Positions 31,605 to 41,011 of a DNA stretch of 64,000 nt are shown here, one piece after another. Position numbers and translations under genes: made by a program. This stretch comes from an uncultured Armatimonadetes bacterium (lineage in GTDB: Bacteria > Armatimonadota > UBA5829 > DTJY01). A model generated the notes under the pieces. It was not told where the DNA came from and ran no database searches. It saw only the letters and a list, made by a program, of their open reading frames with translations. Position 1 is the stretch's first letter; each line of letters begins with the position of its first letter. The stretch lies in assembly GCA_963717145.1 (NCBI GenBank), contig OY970325.1, positions 1,376,001 through 1,440,000 on the forward strand, written 5' to 3'.

Positions 31605-32264
31605 CTACGCCACAAGCGCGCCGCGCGCCGCAATCGTGCTCGGAGCGGACGACTGACCGGTGTCCTTCGCGTTGTTACCGCGATACTGCACCACGTAAGT
31701 GTAGTCCGACCCGTTGCCGGCAATCGTGTCCTCGTAGGGCGATGCCGTCTGATAGGCGACGAGCGAATAGCTCGTCTCCCCGGCCTTCTGCCGCCAGACG
31801 TTGCATCCCTTGACGCCCGCAGGCTTGCCGTTGATCTTCTCGTTCCCCGGCTCGGTGCCGAAATGCACCCACACAGTGCCCGGCTCGGTCTCCAGATAGA
31901 TCTTCGGCACATCCGGCGGCATCGCGCCCGCAGTGTGCATGGTGGTCGAGCGGACCGGCAGCCCGAGTTCGCCGCGAAGCGCGTCGGTCATGCCCGGCGC
32001 ATGCTGGACACGCTGCACGAGCGGACGAATCGCCTCTCCCGCCGCGACCTTCTTGGCCTTCTTGTCATTCATCGCCGAGTTGAACGCCGTGCGCTTGTCG
32101 CCGAGATTCGTGAAGCTCCCGTTGTAAGCGGTGTACGCAGTCTGCAGCGGCAGGATATCTGCCGGGTCGAGCCCGAGTTCCACCAAATGGGTATCCAGAC
32201 CCGAGACGAGATTGTACATCCACGATGCAAGTTCCGCATCGTTCGAAGGTAAGTAATCCGACAT
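31605..32264 (-). CDS. Array-associated hypothetical protein, copy 2
   Basis: AGGAGGA RBS; NGKPAGV.GCN...SPY.DTI.G...DY.YV..YRG shared with copy 1. Confidence 0.87.
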   Translation of the reverse strand: MSDYLPSNDAELASWMYNLVSGLDTHLVELGLDPADILPLQTAYTAYNGSFTNLGDKRTAFNSAMNDKKAKKVAAGEAIRPLVQRVQHAPGMTDALRGELGLPVRSTTMHTAGAMPPDVPKIYLETEPGTVWVHFGTEPGNEKINGKPAGVKGCNVWRQKAGETSYSLVAYQTASPYEDTIAGNGSDYTYVVQYRGNNAKDTGQSSAPSTIAARGALVA

Positions 32265-32333
32265 ATCAATGTCCTCCTGAAATGAGATTTCGCCCCTGCA
32301 CGCAGAGCATTTCCACGCCAGGTCCGAGCCCGG

Positions 32334-32501
32334 TTACACCCGGTGTAAGCCCTCCTACACCCGGTGCAAGGCTTCCTACACCCGGTGTAAGGCTGCCTAC
32401 ACCCGGTGTAGGACGAGTTACACCGGGTGTAGGAAAAGCTACACGCGGTGCAAGCCCGGCTACACCCGATGCAGGACGAGCTACACCCGGTGCAAGGCCC
32501 C
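32334..32501. repeat. 8 x 21-bp array with palindromic core (C/T)TACACCCGGTGTA
   Basis: Units start at 32334, 32355, 32376, 32397, 32418, 32439, 32460 and 32481. Confidence 0.95.
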
Positions 32502-32828
32502 TGAGTTCAGGCTCAGGCGCGGATCATGCGGTTGCGAGGACAGCAGTTGTGGCCGGGTCTGAGGTCGAACTTCCTGAGAGACACCGGGAAACTGCCCACC
32601 GAGGGCTCGCCACCCGATCGCCCGCCACTCCACCATCCGCAATCTGAGTTGTGCAAGGTACGACCTACACTATTATTGTAGGCACGAGGCACGGATTTCT
32701 TCAGGTATTTGTTGCAGGTATTTTCGGTTTACACCGCGAGCGTAATGCGCTATAGTATGACCGGTTGAGAAGTCTCCGACCGGTAGACCAGCGGCTCTCC
32801 GACCGACGAGGGCTGAAAGGTGCGCGCC

Positions 32829-34994
32829 ATGACTGAGTCAGACAACTTCGATTTCCGGTCCATCCGCCTCATCGATGACCAGCCGATCGATGAACTGGAG
32901 CGAGATCACCTCGGGCTGATGCCGTGGGCCAAGATGATCGCGGGGACGGCGGTCGGAACGCAGGGGCCGTTCACCATCGGCGTGCACGCGAAGTGGGGAC
33001 TCGGCAAGACTACCCTCCTCCGGCTGACCCAGCGTCTGATAGAACGCCAGAACCCCGAAGTCGTCACCGTGTGGTTCAACGCCTGGCAGTTCGAGCGCGA
33101 GGAGCATCCGCTCTTCCCACTCATCGCGGCCATTGCGGATGAGATCGAGCGGAAGGCGCCCTTGTCAGAGGTCACTACAGGCTCGAAACGACTGCGGAGC
33201 ATCGGGCGGTCTCTGCGGGCGCTCTGCCGAGGCATGAAGTTCAAGGCCGAGGTCGGGATTCCAGGCGTGGGAAGTTTCTCAGGCGAGCTGGATTGCGAGA
33301 AGGCGCTCGAGGCCGAGGAGCAGTTCAATGAGGAGGCCAACCCGCTCCTGGCCGAGTCGATGTACCACTCGGCGTTCGGCGCGCTGGAGGCGGCCACCAG
33401 GCGCGAGGACGAAGACGACGGGCTGAAGATCGTTGTCTTCGTGGACGACCTGGATCGCTGCCAGCCGGACAAGGCGGTCCACCTCCTGGAGAACGTCAAG
33501 CTCATCCTGGCGCAACGGGGGTTCGTCTTCGTGCTTGCGGTTGACTGCGACGTGCTGGAGGGCTACCTGGAAAAGCGCTACGTCGATTCATGCGGCGACG
33601 GCGCTCGCGGGCGGGGGCGCTTCTACATGGAGAAGATCATCCAGCTCCCCGTCCACATCCCCTCCCACCGCTCCCGGTTCGCCAGGTTCGTCGAGAGGAT
33701 TGTGAATGATCTGGGCGACAAGGAGAGTCCTGAGATTCAGGCGCTCACGGACATCCAGCAAGTGCTTGTCACCGGCGCGGGACTGAACCCACGCAGCCTC
33801 ATCCGCCTCGTGAACAACTTCCTGCTCGACTGCAAACTCTGGCCGATGATCCCGCACGTCGAGAACTACGAAGCGTTGACCAAGGACTTGGCGGCTGCAC
33901 TTGCCTTCAACCGCATTCTCGATCACGACCTGGACGGCTTGTTCACGGCTCTGATAAGCGACCAGGAACTGTGTGAAACCATACGATCGAGAGATGAGAC
34001 GACGCTACTGGGGTATATGGACGAAGTGTCAAGAAAGGACCGTGCTGAGGAGCGTTCGCTGGAGCATCACTCCTTGGAACAGGTAGAAGCTCAACGATCT
34101 CAGGTAGTCCGAGAGCTTCTGCGCCGCCCGGAGCTTCTGGCCGCGCTTGCAGAGCATGGGAAGGCTTGGCTGCGGGACGGAGAGCTTCGGCGAGTGGTGA
34201 ACGAGTTCGCACAGACTGATCGGGCTACCGGATCAGTCGAGTTCCCGGAGCCGATCGCAGAGGCCATCAGAAAGGAGCTTGGTCTGCAGGCCGACGAGCC
34301 GATCCCCTTTGGGCGGCTCACCGAGGTCAAGAATTTGAACCTGGGGCCGAGCAACGTGGGGGACGCCGACCTTGCGCATCTCCACAGACTCTCCGGACTG
34401 CGGAGCCTCGGGCTTTGGGACACCGAAGTGACCGATGCTGGGCTCGCGCATCTCAAGGGATTCTCCGCACTGCAAAGCCTCAGCCTGACGCGCACCAGGG
34501 TCACGGATGAAGGACTCGCCTTTCTAGAGAGGCTCTCTGGACTGCAGAGGCTCTACCTGGGGGACCTTCAGGTGACGGATGCCGGGCTCGCACATCTCAA
34601 GGGGCTGTCCGCACTGCAAGAACTCCACCTGTGGGAGACCAGCGTGAGGGGCTGGGGGCTTGTGCATATCAAGGACTTGTCGGGACTTCGTGAGCTTCAC
34701 CTGCAAGGCAGCCAGGTAGCGAATGGGGGGCTCATGCATCTTAGGAGCCTCTATGGACTGCGGGTCCTCAACATGGCGAGCACTAACATGACAGATGCCG
34801 GACTCGCACATCTCAAAGGACTCTCCGGGCTGCAAGAACTCTACCTGTCGGGCACGCAGGTGACGGACGTCGGGCTCGCCCATCTCAAGGGACTCCAAGA
34901 GCTGCGGTGGCTGTACCTGTCGGGCACGCAGGTGACGGATGCCGGTGTGCGCGAACTCGAGAAGGCGATTCCCGGCCTCAATGTCGACCGATGA
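32829..34994 (+). CDS. KAP-family P-loop NTPase fused to leucine-rich repeats
   Basis: WGLGKT, WFNAWQF, VFVDDLDRC, YMEKIIQLP and NPR motifs; nine 24-aa LRRs. Confidence 0.9.
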   Translation: MTESDNFDFRSIRLIDDQPIDELERDHLGLMPWAKMIAGTAVGTQGPFTIGVHAKWGLGKTTLLRLTQRLIERQNPEVVTVWFNAWQFEREEHPLFPLIAAIADEIERKAPLSEVTTGSKRLRSIGRSLRALCRGMKFKAEVGIPGVGSFSGELDCEKALEAEEQFNEEANPLLAESMYHSAFGALEAATRREDEDDGLKIVVFVDDLDRCQPDKAVHLLENVKLILAQRGFVFVLAVDCDVLEGYLEKRYVDSCGDGARGRGRFYMEKIIQLPVHIPSHRSRFARFVERIVNDLGDKESPEIQALTDIQQVLVTGAGLNPRSLIRLVNNFLLDCKLWPMIPHVENYEALTKDLAAALAFNRILDHDLDGLFTALISDQELCETIRSRDETTLLGYMDEVSRKDRAEERSLEHHSLEQVEAQRSQVVRELLRRPELLAALAEHGKAWLRDGELRRVVNEFAQTDRATGSVEFPEPIAEAIRKELGLQADEPIPFGRLTEVKNLNLGPSNVGDADLAHLHRLSGLRSLGLWDTEVTDAGLAHLKGFSALQSLSLTRTRVTDEGLAFLERLSGLQRLYLGDLQVTDAGLAHLKGLSALQELHLWETSVRGWGLVHIKDLSGLRELHLQGSQVANGGLMHLRSLYGLRVLNMASTNMTDAGLAHLKGLSGLQELYLSGTQVTDVGLAHLKGLQELRWLYLSGTQVTDAGVRELEKAIPGLNVDR

Positions 34995-35105
34995 TTCGGT
35001 TTCCCTCTGCCTGTCTTCCTCTCGGTCCCTCTCCCGCCGTGGAAGGATTCGGCGGGGCGGCGCGGGAATGTAGGGGGTGTGACTTTTGATCCGAGGAGGC
35101 AGCGC

Positions 35106-36323
35106 ATGAGACTCATATTGTTTGTGGCAGCGATCGTTATCCTGGCGGCGGGCGCGGATGCTCGGGACACGGGCCGGTTCGTGCAGGACCGGTTCGTGAT
35201 CAGCTTCTGGGTCGATCCGCCGGCGGGGGAGATCACGGACGCCCGGTACAAGGAGATCGCCGACGCGAACTTCACGGTCGTGCACGGCGCGTTCGGGCCG
35301 GCGACCGATGCGGACCTGAAAAAGCAGCTCGAACTGTGCAAGAAGTATGGACTGAAGCTGATCGCGAAGAGCAGCCTCACGACCCTCGGGAAGCTGGCGG
35401 ACGACCCGGTCGTCTGGGGCTATCACCTCATCGACGAGCCCGGCGCGGCGGGCCTGCCGGACGTGAAGGCGAAGATCGAGCAGAACCGGAAGGACCATCC
35501 CGGCAAGCTGGCATACTTCAACCTGCTGCCGGACTATGCGCCTCTGACGTGGCTCGGCACGAAGTCCTACGACGAGTACATCGAGCGGTTCGCTAAGGAG
35601 ACCGGCTGCGACGTGCTCTGCATGGACTATTACCCGCAGATGACCCCGACGGCGGACGGTCGGGAGGGATACTGCAATAACCTGGCCGTGATGCGGAAGT
35701 ACTCCGTCGAGATGGGGATCCCGCACTGGAACTTCTTCAACACGATGCCGTTCGGCCCGCACCACGACCCGACCGAGTCGCACCTCCGCTGGCAGATCTA
35801 CACGTCGCTGGCATACGGGTCGAAGGGCGTGCTCTACTTCTGCTACTGGACTCCCGGCAAGGGCGCGGCGGGCGGCGGCGAGTTCCCCAAGGGCGGCGCG
35901 ATCATCACGGCGGAGGGAATCAAGACGCGCCACTACGAGCAGGCCAAGCGCATCAACTTCGCGCTCAAGAACATGGGCCCGACGCTCATGAAGCTCACCT
36001 CGACCGACGTGATCCGCATCAAGCCGGCCGACGACCCCACCCCATTGCTCGCGGATTCGCCCCTGAAGAGCTTATCGACGGGGGGAGACTACCTGATCGG
36101 CATGTTCAGGGACAAGTACGGGAAGCGCGCGGTGTTGATCAACAACTACGACCACAACTACACGTCCTGGCCGACGGTGGAGTTCGCGGTCCCGGTCGAG
36201 AAGGTCGTCGAGGTCGATCAGGCGACGGGCAAGCGCGTGCCGGTCCGGGATGACTCGCCCGAGATGGCAGGCCTCCAACTCTCGCTCGACGCGGGCGCGG
36301 GGCGGCTCTTCGTTCTCAAGTGA
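35106..36323 (+). CDS. Secreted glycoside hydrolase-like TIM-barrel protein
   Basis: Signal peptide; GYHLIDEP, MDYYP and LAYGSKGVLYF motifs. Confidence 0.7.
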   Translation: MRLILFVAAIVILAAGADARDTGRFVQDRFVISFWVDPPAGEITDARYKEIADANFTVVHGAFGPATDADLKKQLELCKKYGLKLIAKSSLTTLGKLADDPVVWGYHLIDEPGAAGLPDVKAKIEQNRKDHPGKLAYFNLLPDYAPLTWLGTKSYDEYIERFAKETGCDVLCMDYYPQMTPTADGREGYCNNLAVMRKYSVEMGIPHWNFFNTMPFGPHHDPTESHLRWQIYTSLAYGSKGVLYFCYWTPGKGAAGGGEFPKGGAIITAEGIKTRHYEQAKRINFALKNMGPTLMKLTSTDVIRIKPADDPTPLLADSPLKSLSTGGDYLIGMFRDKYGKRAVLINNYDHNYTSWPTVEFAVPVEKVVEVDQATGKRVPVRDDSPEMAGLQLSLDAGAGRLFVLK

Positions 36324-36362
36324 TGATGGAACCACGGAGGCACGGAGGACACGGAGAAAGAC

Positions 36363-37880
36363 CTAAGGCCCGGCGGTGTGGAGCACTGCCGGGCCGTTCC
36401 ATCCCTCGGGCGTCGTGATCTCGTGCTTGCCGTTGCCGAACGTGCCGGCAGGGACCCGCTTGCCGGTGAGGGGATGAAACCACTCCGACGCGAGCGATGA
36501 CTCCGCGCCGGAGACTTCGACGGTGAAGTGGCCGGGATCCTGCTGGTAGACGACGTACTCACGGCCCGGGTTGGCGAGGCAGTATCCCCGGCTCACCAAT
36601 CCGTCGTTCGGCTGGAGACGCCAGTACTGTGTGCCCTCGAAGAACCGGCGCAGGTTGTGGAAATGGGCGTATCCCGGCGGGTTGTGCTCCGGATGGATCA
36701 CGTCCCACGCGGTATAGGTGTAGTAGTACGCGCCGTATCCACCGGCCATGTAGATCTCCCACGCCCGGCGCACGACCTCCTCCGGCGACTGGGAATGCGG
36801 ATAGGTGTGATCGCCCTCGCCCTTCGGCCCTCGCTCGTAGCCGAACTCGACGTTGACCACCGGCCACTCTCGCATACCCCGCTGACGGAGGATCGTCGCG
36901 TGCCAGTCACCATGATGCTGGTCCGACCGGTAGTCGAGCAGCCCGGAATACGCGCCTCGGTCGTATGCCTCCTCATCGTGGTGGACGGTGATCGGATGCT
37001 TATAGGCATCGCTCGCCCGGATGAACCGCAGCTTGTCGGCCTTGTAGTCGAAGTCGGTCTCGTAGTGAGCCTCCTTCGAGAAGTCCCAGACGACGTTCGG
37101 ATAGGCGGAGTACCGCGCGACGAGCGTCCGGTAGTAGAGTTCCTCCGCCGGACTGCGCTTCGCGGGCCAGTTCACGCTCTTGTTGTAGACCTTTGTCATG
37201 ATGTGAGCGATGATCCCGCGCTTATGCATCGCCTCGATCACGCGGTCGTAGTGCCGCCAGAAGTCGGGGTTCAGGCGCTCGTGATCCGGCTGATCGTTCG
37301 TGCCCAGCCAGGGATAGGTTGGCGGAGGGCCGTAGTCGTTCTTCTCACTCTTGCCGGTGCGCCATGAGGTGTCGTGGGCGTAGACGTTGAGGATGATGTA
37401 GTTGAACCCGTGCTCGGCCAGCTTGTCGAGGAACGGATTCAGGTCGTTCTCATCGAGCGCCCAGAGCCAGTCGCACTCGTAGCCCATCAAAAAGAACCGG
37501 CTGCCGTCCTCGAAGACGAAATGTTGGCGGTGCTCCGGATCGACCTTCAGGATGCCGTGGACCTCGGCGTTCGGCTGCGCAACACATTGGATGCCGGCGA
37601 CCGCCTTGCCGCTGAGCTTCGCATCATCGGACGACGTGGTGAGCGACCACTCACCCTTCATCGTCGGCGAGAAGCGGATCTTCCACACGCCGCCTCCATC
37701 GTAGAAGCCGGTGACGACCATCTTCCTGCCGTCAGGGCCGGTGAAGTGACCGTCGATCCGCACGAGGAACGGGTTCTCGTGCAGGGTGTCGCTCCGGAAC
37801 TCGAAGTCGTGCGGCTGCCACTGAGGGATCTCGACCGGCATGGACATGATCAACGGCAAGAGAATCAGCGTGGGGTTCAT
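36363..37880 (-). CDS. DUF5060/DUF4038 apiosidase-like protein
   Basis: GFYDG..WKIRFSP, HFVFEDG..FF and NVEFGYE motifs; ATGA overlap with the MFS gene. Confidence 0.75.
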   Translation of the reverse strand: MNPTLILLPLIMSMPVEIPQWQPHDFEFRSDTLHENPFLVRIDGHFTGPDGRKMVVTGFYDGGGVWKIRFSPTMKGEWSLTTSSDDAKLSGKAVAGIQCVAQPNAEVHGILKVDPEHRQHFVFEDGSRFFLMGYECDWLWALDENDLNPFLDKLAEHGFNYIILNVYAHDTSWRTGKSEKNDYGPPPTYPWLGTNDQPDHERLNPDFWRHYDRVIEAMHKRGIIAHIMTKVYNKSVNWPAKRSPAEELYYRTLVARYSAYPNVVWDFSKEAHYETDFDYKADKLRFIRASDAYKHPITVHHDEEAYDRGAYSGLLDYRSDQHHGDWHATILRQRGMREWPVVNVEFGYERGPKGEGDHTYPHSQSPEEVVRRAWEIYMAGGYGAYYYTYTAWDVIHPEHNPPGYAHFHNLRRFFEGTQYWRLQPNDGLVSRGYCLANPGREYVVYQQDPGHFTVEVSGAESSLASEWFHPLTGKRVPAGTFGNGKHEITTPEGWNGPAVLHTAGP

Positions 37881-39040
37881 GATGTCGCTCCCTTTCCTGC
37901 TCTGCTCAGCGGAGACGCGAAGAAGATGACGGCGAAGGCCCCCATCACGACTGCACCGAAGAGCATCGGGTAGGACAGGTTGATCTCCGCCAGGCGTCCG
38001 CTTGCGAGGGAACAGAAGGCGAATCCGATCTGGGTCGAGAAGACCGCCGCGCCGCCCATCATCCCCAGGTGCTCGGGGAAGACGTGGCTCAGATGCGCGA
38101 AGTAGCTCGGCCACGTCGCGGAGAACGCGAGGCCGAAGAGGAAGAAAGAGGCCGCGCAGGCCCAGTAGGTCTCCAGGGCGACCGACGGCCAGACGAACAT
38201 GAGAGAGATCGCACAGAGCGCCATCGCCTGCCTCGAGTTCAACCGATCGGAGAGCGCGCTCGAGGCGAACCGGCCTGAGATCATTCCCAGGAGGAAGATC
38301 GAGAGCAGGATGTTGCCCTGTGCGGCCGTGAACCCCCGAACCTTCTGCCCGAAGGCGGGAATCCACAGTGCGACCGCGATCTCGCTCCCGGCGATCAGTG
38401 CGAACCCGGCGACCGCCGCCCAGAATGCCGCGCCGGGGTGAGCGTCGCCATGCTTCCTCCGACCTACGTGCCCGTTTCCGCCTGCGCGGTAGGCCGTCAG
38501 GGTCGTGAAGATCAGGACCACCGGCAACACTGCCGCCGCGAGGAAGCTGCTTCTCCATGCGCCGTATAGGAAGAGTGACGCCAGGATGGGACCGGCCAGC
38601 TTGCCGATCGCGTTGACTCCGTGCAGGAGAGCGACACCGCGCTGCCGATTGGGGAGCATATGGGTCGCGAGCGCGTTCGAGGATCCCATGAATCCCGATG
38701 CGAGGAAGTAGCCGGTCAGACCGACGAACGTGGCGTTCTTGTGCGGGATAAGGCCCATCACCATGAGCGCGATGATGACCATGCCGAGCGACAGGAGCAT
38801 GTTTCGCAGCGCCCCGATCCGCCCGCAGACCAATCCCCCCAGCAGTCCGCCGATCGTGCCGCCGCATACCATGCACAGCCCGACCATACGGCCGACCTCG
38901 GCATGAGACATCCCATAGGCCTGCTCGATGTTGAGGACATTCGCCGGCAGCAGACCCGCGGGGATGATTCCGGTCGTGAACCCTGCGCCGAGGACCGAGA
39001 CAACGAGCGGTATGCTCGTGCGCGTTCTATGGGTATTCAT
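37877..39040 (-). CDS. MFS transporter
   Basis: About 12 TM helices with MFS-like loop motifs. Confidence 0.85.
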   Translation of the reverse strand: MNTHRTRTSIPLVVSVLGAGFTTGIIPAGLLPANVLNIEQAYGMSHAEVGRMVGLCMVCGGTIGGLLGGLVCGRIGALRNMLLSLGMVIIALMVMGLIPHKNATFVGLTGYFLASGFMGSSNALATHMLPNRQRGVALLHGVNAIGKLAGPILASLFLYGAWRSSFLAAAVLPVVLIFTTLTAYRAGGNGHVGRRKHGDAHPGAAFWAAVAGFALIAGSEIAVALWIPAFGQKVRGFTAAQGNILLSIFLLGMISGRFASSALSDRLNSRQAMALCAISLMFVWPSVALETYWACAASFFLFGLAFSATWPSYFAHLSHVFPEHLGMMGGAAVFSTQIGFAFCSLASGRLAEINLSYPMLFGAVVMGAFAVIFFASPLSRAGKGATS

Positions 39041-39698
39041 TGCACCTCACGAAGCGAATCGGCTCATCCTCGTCTACGAACGGGAAGCGCTCATGGCGGT
39101 CGAGGAAGTAGTTGTCGGTCTTGTCGTCGCAGACACTCGACACCTCGCCGCTGACCGACGAGCCGGAGACTTCCTCGCCCCAGAACTGGTGGAACGTCCT
39201 CGGCGGGAGGCAGATGCTCTCCCCCGGTTCGATGCGGACGGTCTCACCGGGAGCGACTTCGCGCCTGATGCCACTGACTGAGAGCGAAAATCTCTTGTCC
39301 GCCGGCTGGTTGTCATCCCCTGCTCTCCAGACGGTGATCAGAACGTTCCCGCCGCCTCGGTTGATGATATCCTCCATCTTGGAGACGTGGAAGTGCAGAG
39401 GCGCGCGCTGGCCCTCGGGGTTGAAGATGAGCTTCTCGGCGTATGTCTTCGGGTAGCGAGGATCGTTGTGCCGCCCGTTTCGGAGGGTGAATAGCGTCCG
39501 GCCGATGTGCGGGAAGTCGCCGCTCCCGAAGTCCGTGACATCCCAGCCGAGCATGCAGTCGCGGATCTCATCGCACTCCGGGCCGGCGTGCCCCCACTGC
39601 TCGGGCGTCCAGAATGCATATGACGGGAGCAGGATGCCCACCTTGCCGAAGAACTCCATCGCCCGCTCGATCGCCGCATTCATCTCGGAACGTTTCAT
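39027..39698 (-). CDS. D-lyxose/D-mannose family sugar isomerase
   Basis: MKRSE.N, LGWDVTDFG, YAEKL, HFH..K.EDIINRGGG and GEVS motifs. Confidence 0.92.
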   Translation of the reverse strand: MKRSEMNAAIERAMEFFGKVGILLPSYAFWTPEQWGHAGPECDEIRDCMLGWDVTDFGSGDFPHIGRTLFTLRNGRHNDPRYPKTYAEKLIFNPEGQRAPLHFHVSKMEDIINRGGGNVLITVWRAGDDNQPADKRFSLSVSGIRREVAPGETVRIEPGESICLPPRTFHQFWGEEVSGSSVSGEVSSVCDDKTDNYFLDRHERFPFVDEDEPIRFVRCNEYP

Positions 39699-40915
39699 GG
39701 ACGCCTCCTGGAAGCGTCACTGCCCGACGCGGCCACCACGTCCTTGTACACGGGGTCCGTCTCCAGCATCACCCGGAGGACCTCGCGGCGCATCGCGTAC
39801 TCGCCGCCTTTGTCGTCGGGGAACACGCGATTGGTCAGGAAGACAAGGAACGTCCCGGAGAGCCGGTCGAAGCGGATATACGTCCCTGTGTAGCCGGAGT
39901 GAGTCATCACGGCCTTGGCGAATCCCCGATTGAGCTTCGTCGCGGTCGGAGGGTTCAGCGCGCGACCCCACCCCGTGCCGTGCATGCTGTGCACCCTGAG
40001 CGGCACCTTGTTCGTCGCCATCAGGTCGACCGTCTCCGGCTTGAAGTACTCGCGGCCATCCCATGATCCGTTCGAGAGGATCATGCGGCAGAAGGTCGAG
40101 AGATCGTTCGCCGTCGAGAAGAGCCCGGCATTCCCGCCGCAGAAGACACCATCGGTGATATACGCCGCAAGCGGATCGTGCACCGATCCCTGCAGGAGCG
40201 TCTTCCCGCCGACGGTCGGCGCGCTGTACGTCTTCTCATCGGGCGTCGGATAGTAGCCCGTGTGCGTCATCCCCAAAGGGCCGAAGAGCCGCTCCCTGAG
40301 GAACTCGCCCTGTGACTTGCCGGCAAGATCGTGGTCGATCCGTGCGAGCGTCAGGAAGTTGAGGCACGAGTAGACGTAGTCCTCCTCCGTCTTGTACTTC
40401 AGCGGGAGCGACGCAATCAGGCGGATCAGCGCGTCGTACTTCGGCTCGCCCTCTTTCCGCATCTCCTCCGCCTTCGACGCGCTGGTATACGATGGCAGGC
40501 CCGAGATGTGCGAGATCAGATGCCTGAGCCTGATCTCGCGCTTGTCGTCGGTATCGAATGCGGGGAGGTACTTGCTCACCGGATCGTCGAGGCTCAGCTT
40601 CCCGTCCTGCACGAGGAGCAGAGTCGCCGATGTCGTCCCGACCGCTTTCGAGACGGACGCGAGGTCGAACAGCGTGTTCAAGGTGGTCGGCGGCGAGTTC
40701 GGATCATAGGTGAGGTGACCATATGCCTTGGCATAGAGTATCTCGTCCTTCGTGCCGATCACGAGAGCGACGGCCGGCGCAAGGTGACGCTCGATCCCCC
40801 GCTCGATGGCGGCGTCTATCTGCGCCTTTGCGGCGTCATCCAGGACCGGTGCTCCGAATGCCAGAGAGCAGACGATGAGTGTAAGAGTGACTGCAAAGAG
40901 GCTTGTTCTACGCAT
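39695..40915 (-). CDS. Serine hydrolase (beta-lactamase class C-like)
   Basis: FDLASVSK, HISGLP, YSCLN, VHDP and HSGYTG motifs. Confidence 0.9.
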   Translation of the reverse strand: MRRTSLFAVTLTLIVCSLAFGAPVLDDAAKAQIDAAIERGIERHLAPAVALVIGTKDEILYAKAYGHLTYDPNSPPTTLNTLFDLASVSKAVGTTSATLLLVQDGKLSLDDPVSKYLPAFDTDDKREIRLRHLISHISGLPSYTSASKAEEMRKEGEPKYDALIRLIASLPLKYKTEEDYVYSCLNFLTLARIDHDLAGKSQGEFLRERLFGPLGMTHTGYYPTPDEKTYSAPTVGGKTLLQGSVHDPLAAYITDGVFCGGNAGLFSTANDLSTFCRMILSNGSWDGREYFKPETVDLMATNKVPLRVHSMHGTGWGRALNPPTATKLNRGFAKAVMTHSGYTGTYIRFDRLSGTFLVFLTNRVFPDDKGGEYAMRREVLRVMLETDPVYKDVVAASGSDASRRRP

Positions 40916-41011
40916 GATACTTCTCCACCTCCGCCCGAAGGATCGGCGTGGCTGCACGGACGGCACTAGAGGTATTCGCCGCGAGCTATGCAGAATCCTA
41001 CGCTGATGGGT

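Noticed and set aside
32334-32501. Arrays as CRISPR or TIGR arrays (also 15886-16051 and 61709-61984)
   Set aside because: Period is only 21-22 bp with no unique spacers, and no cas- or tas-like genes are in the window.
34320-34970. 72-bp DNA repeats as a DGR template/variable pair
   Set aside because: Explained by LRR coding; no reverse transcriptase in the window.
37881-38876. N-terminal extension of the 837-aa ORF
   Set aside because: Overlaps the MFS gene in another frame; the true start is probably ATG 37880.
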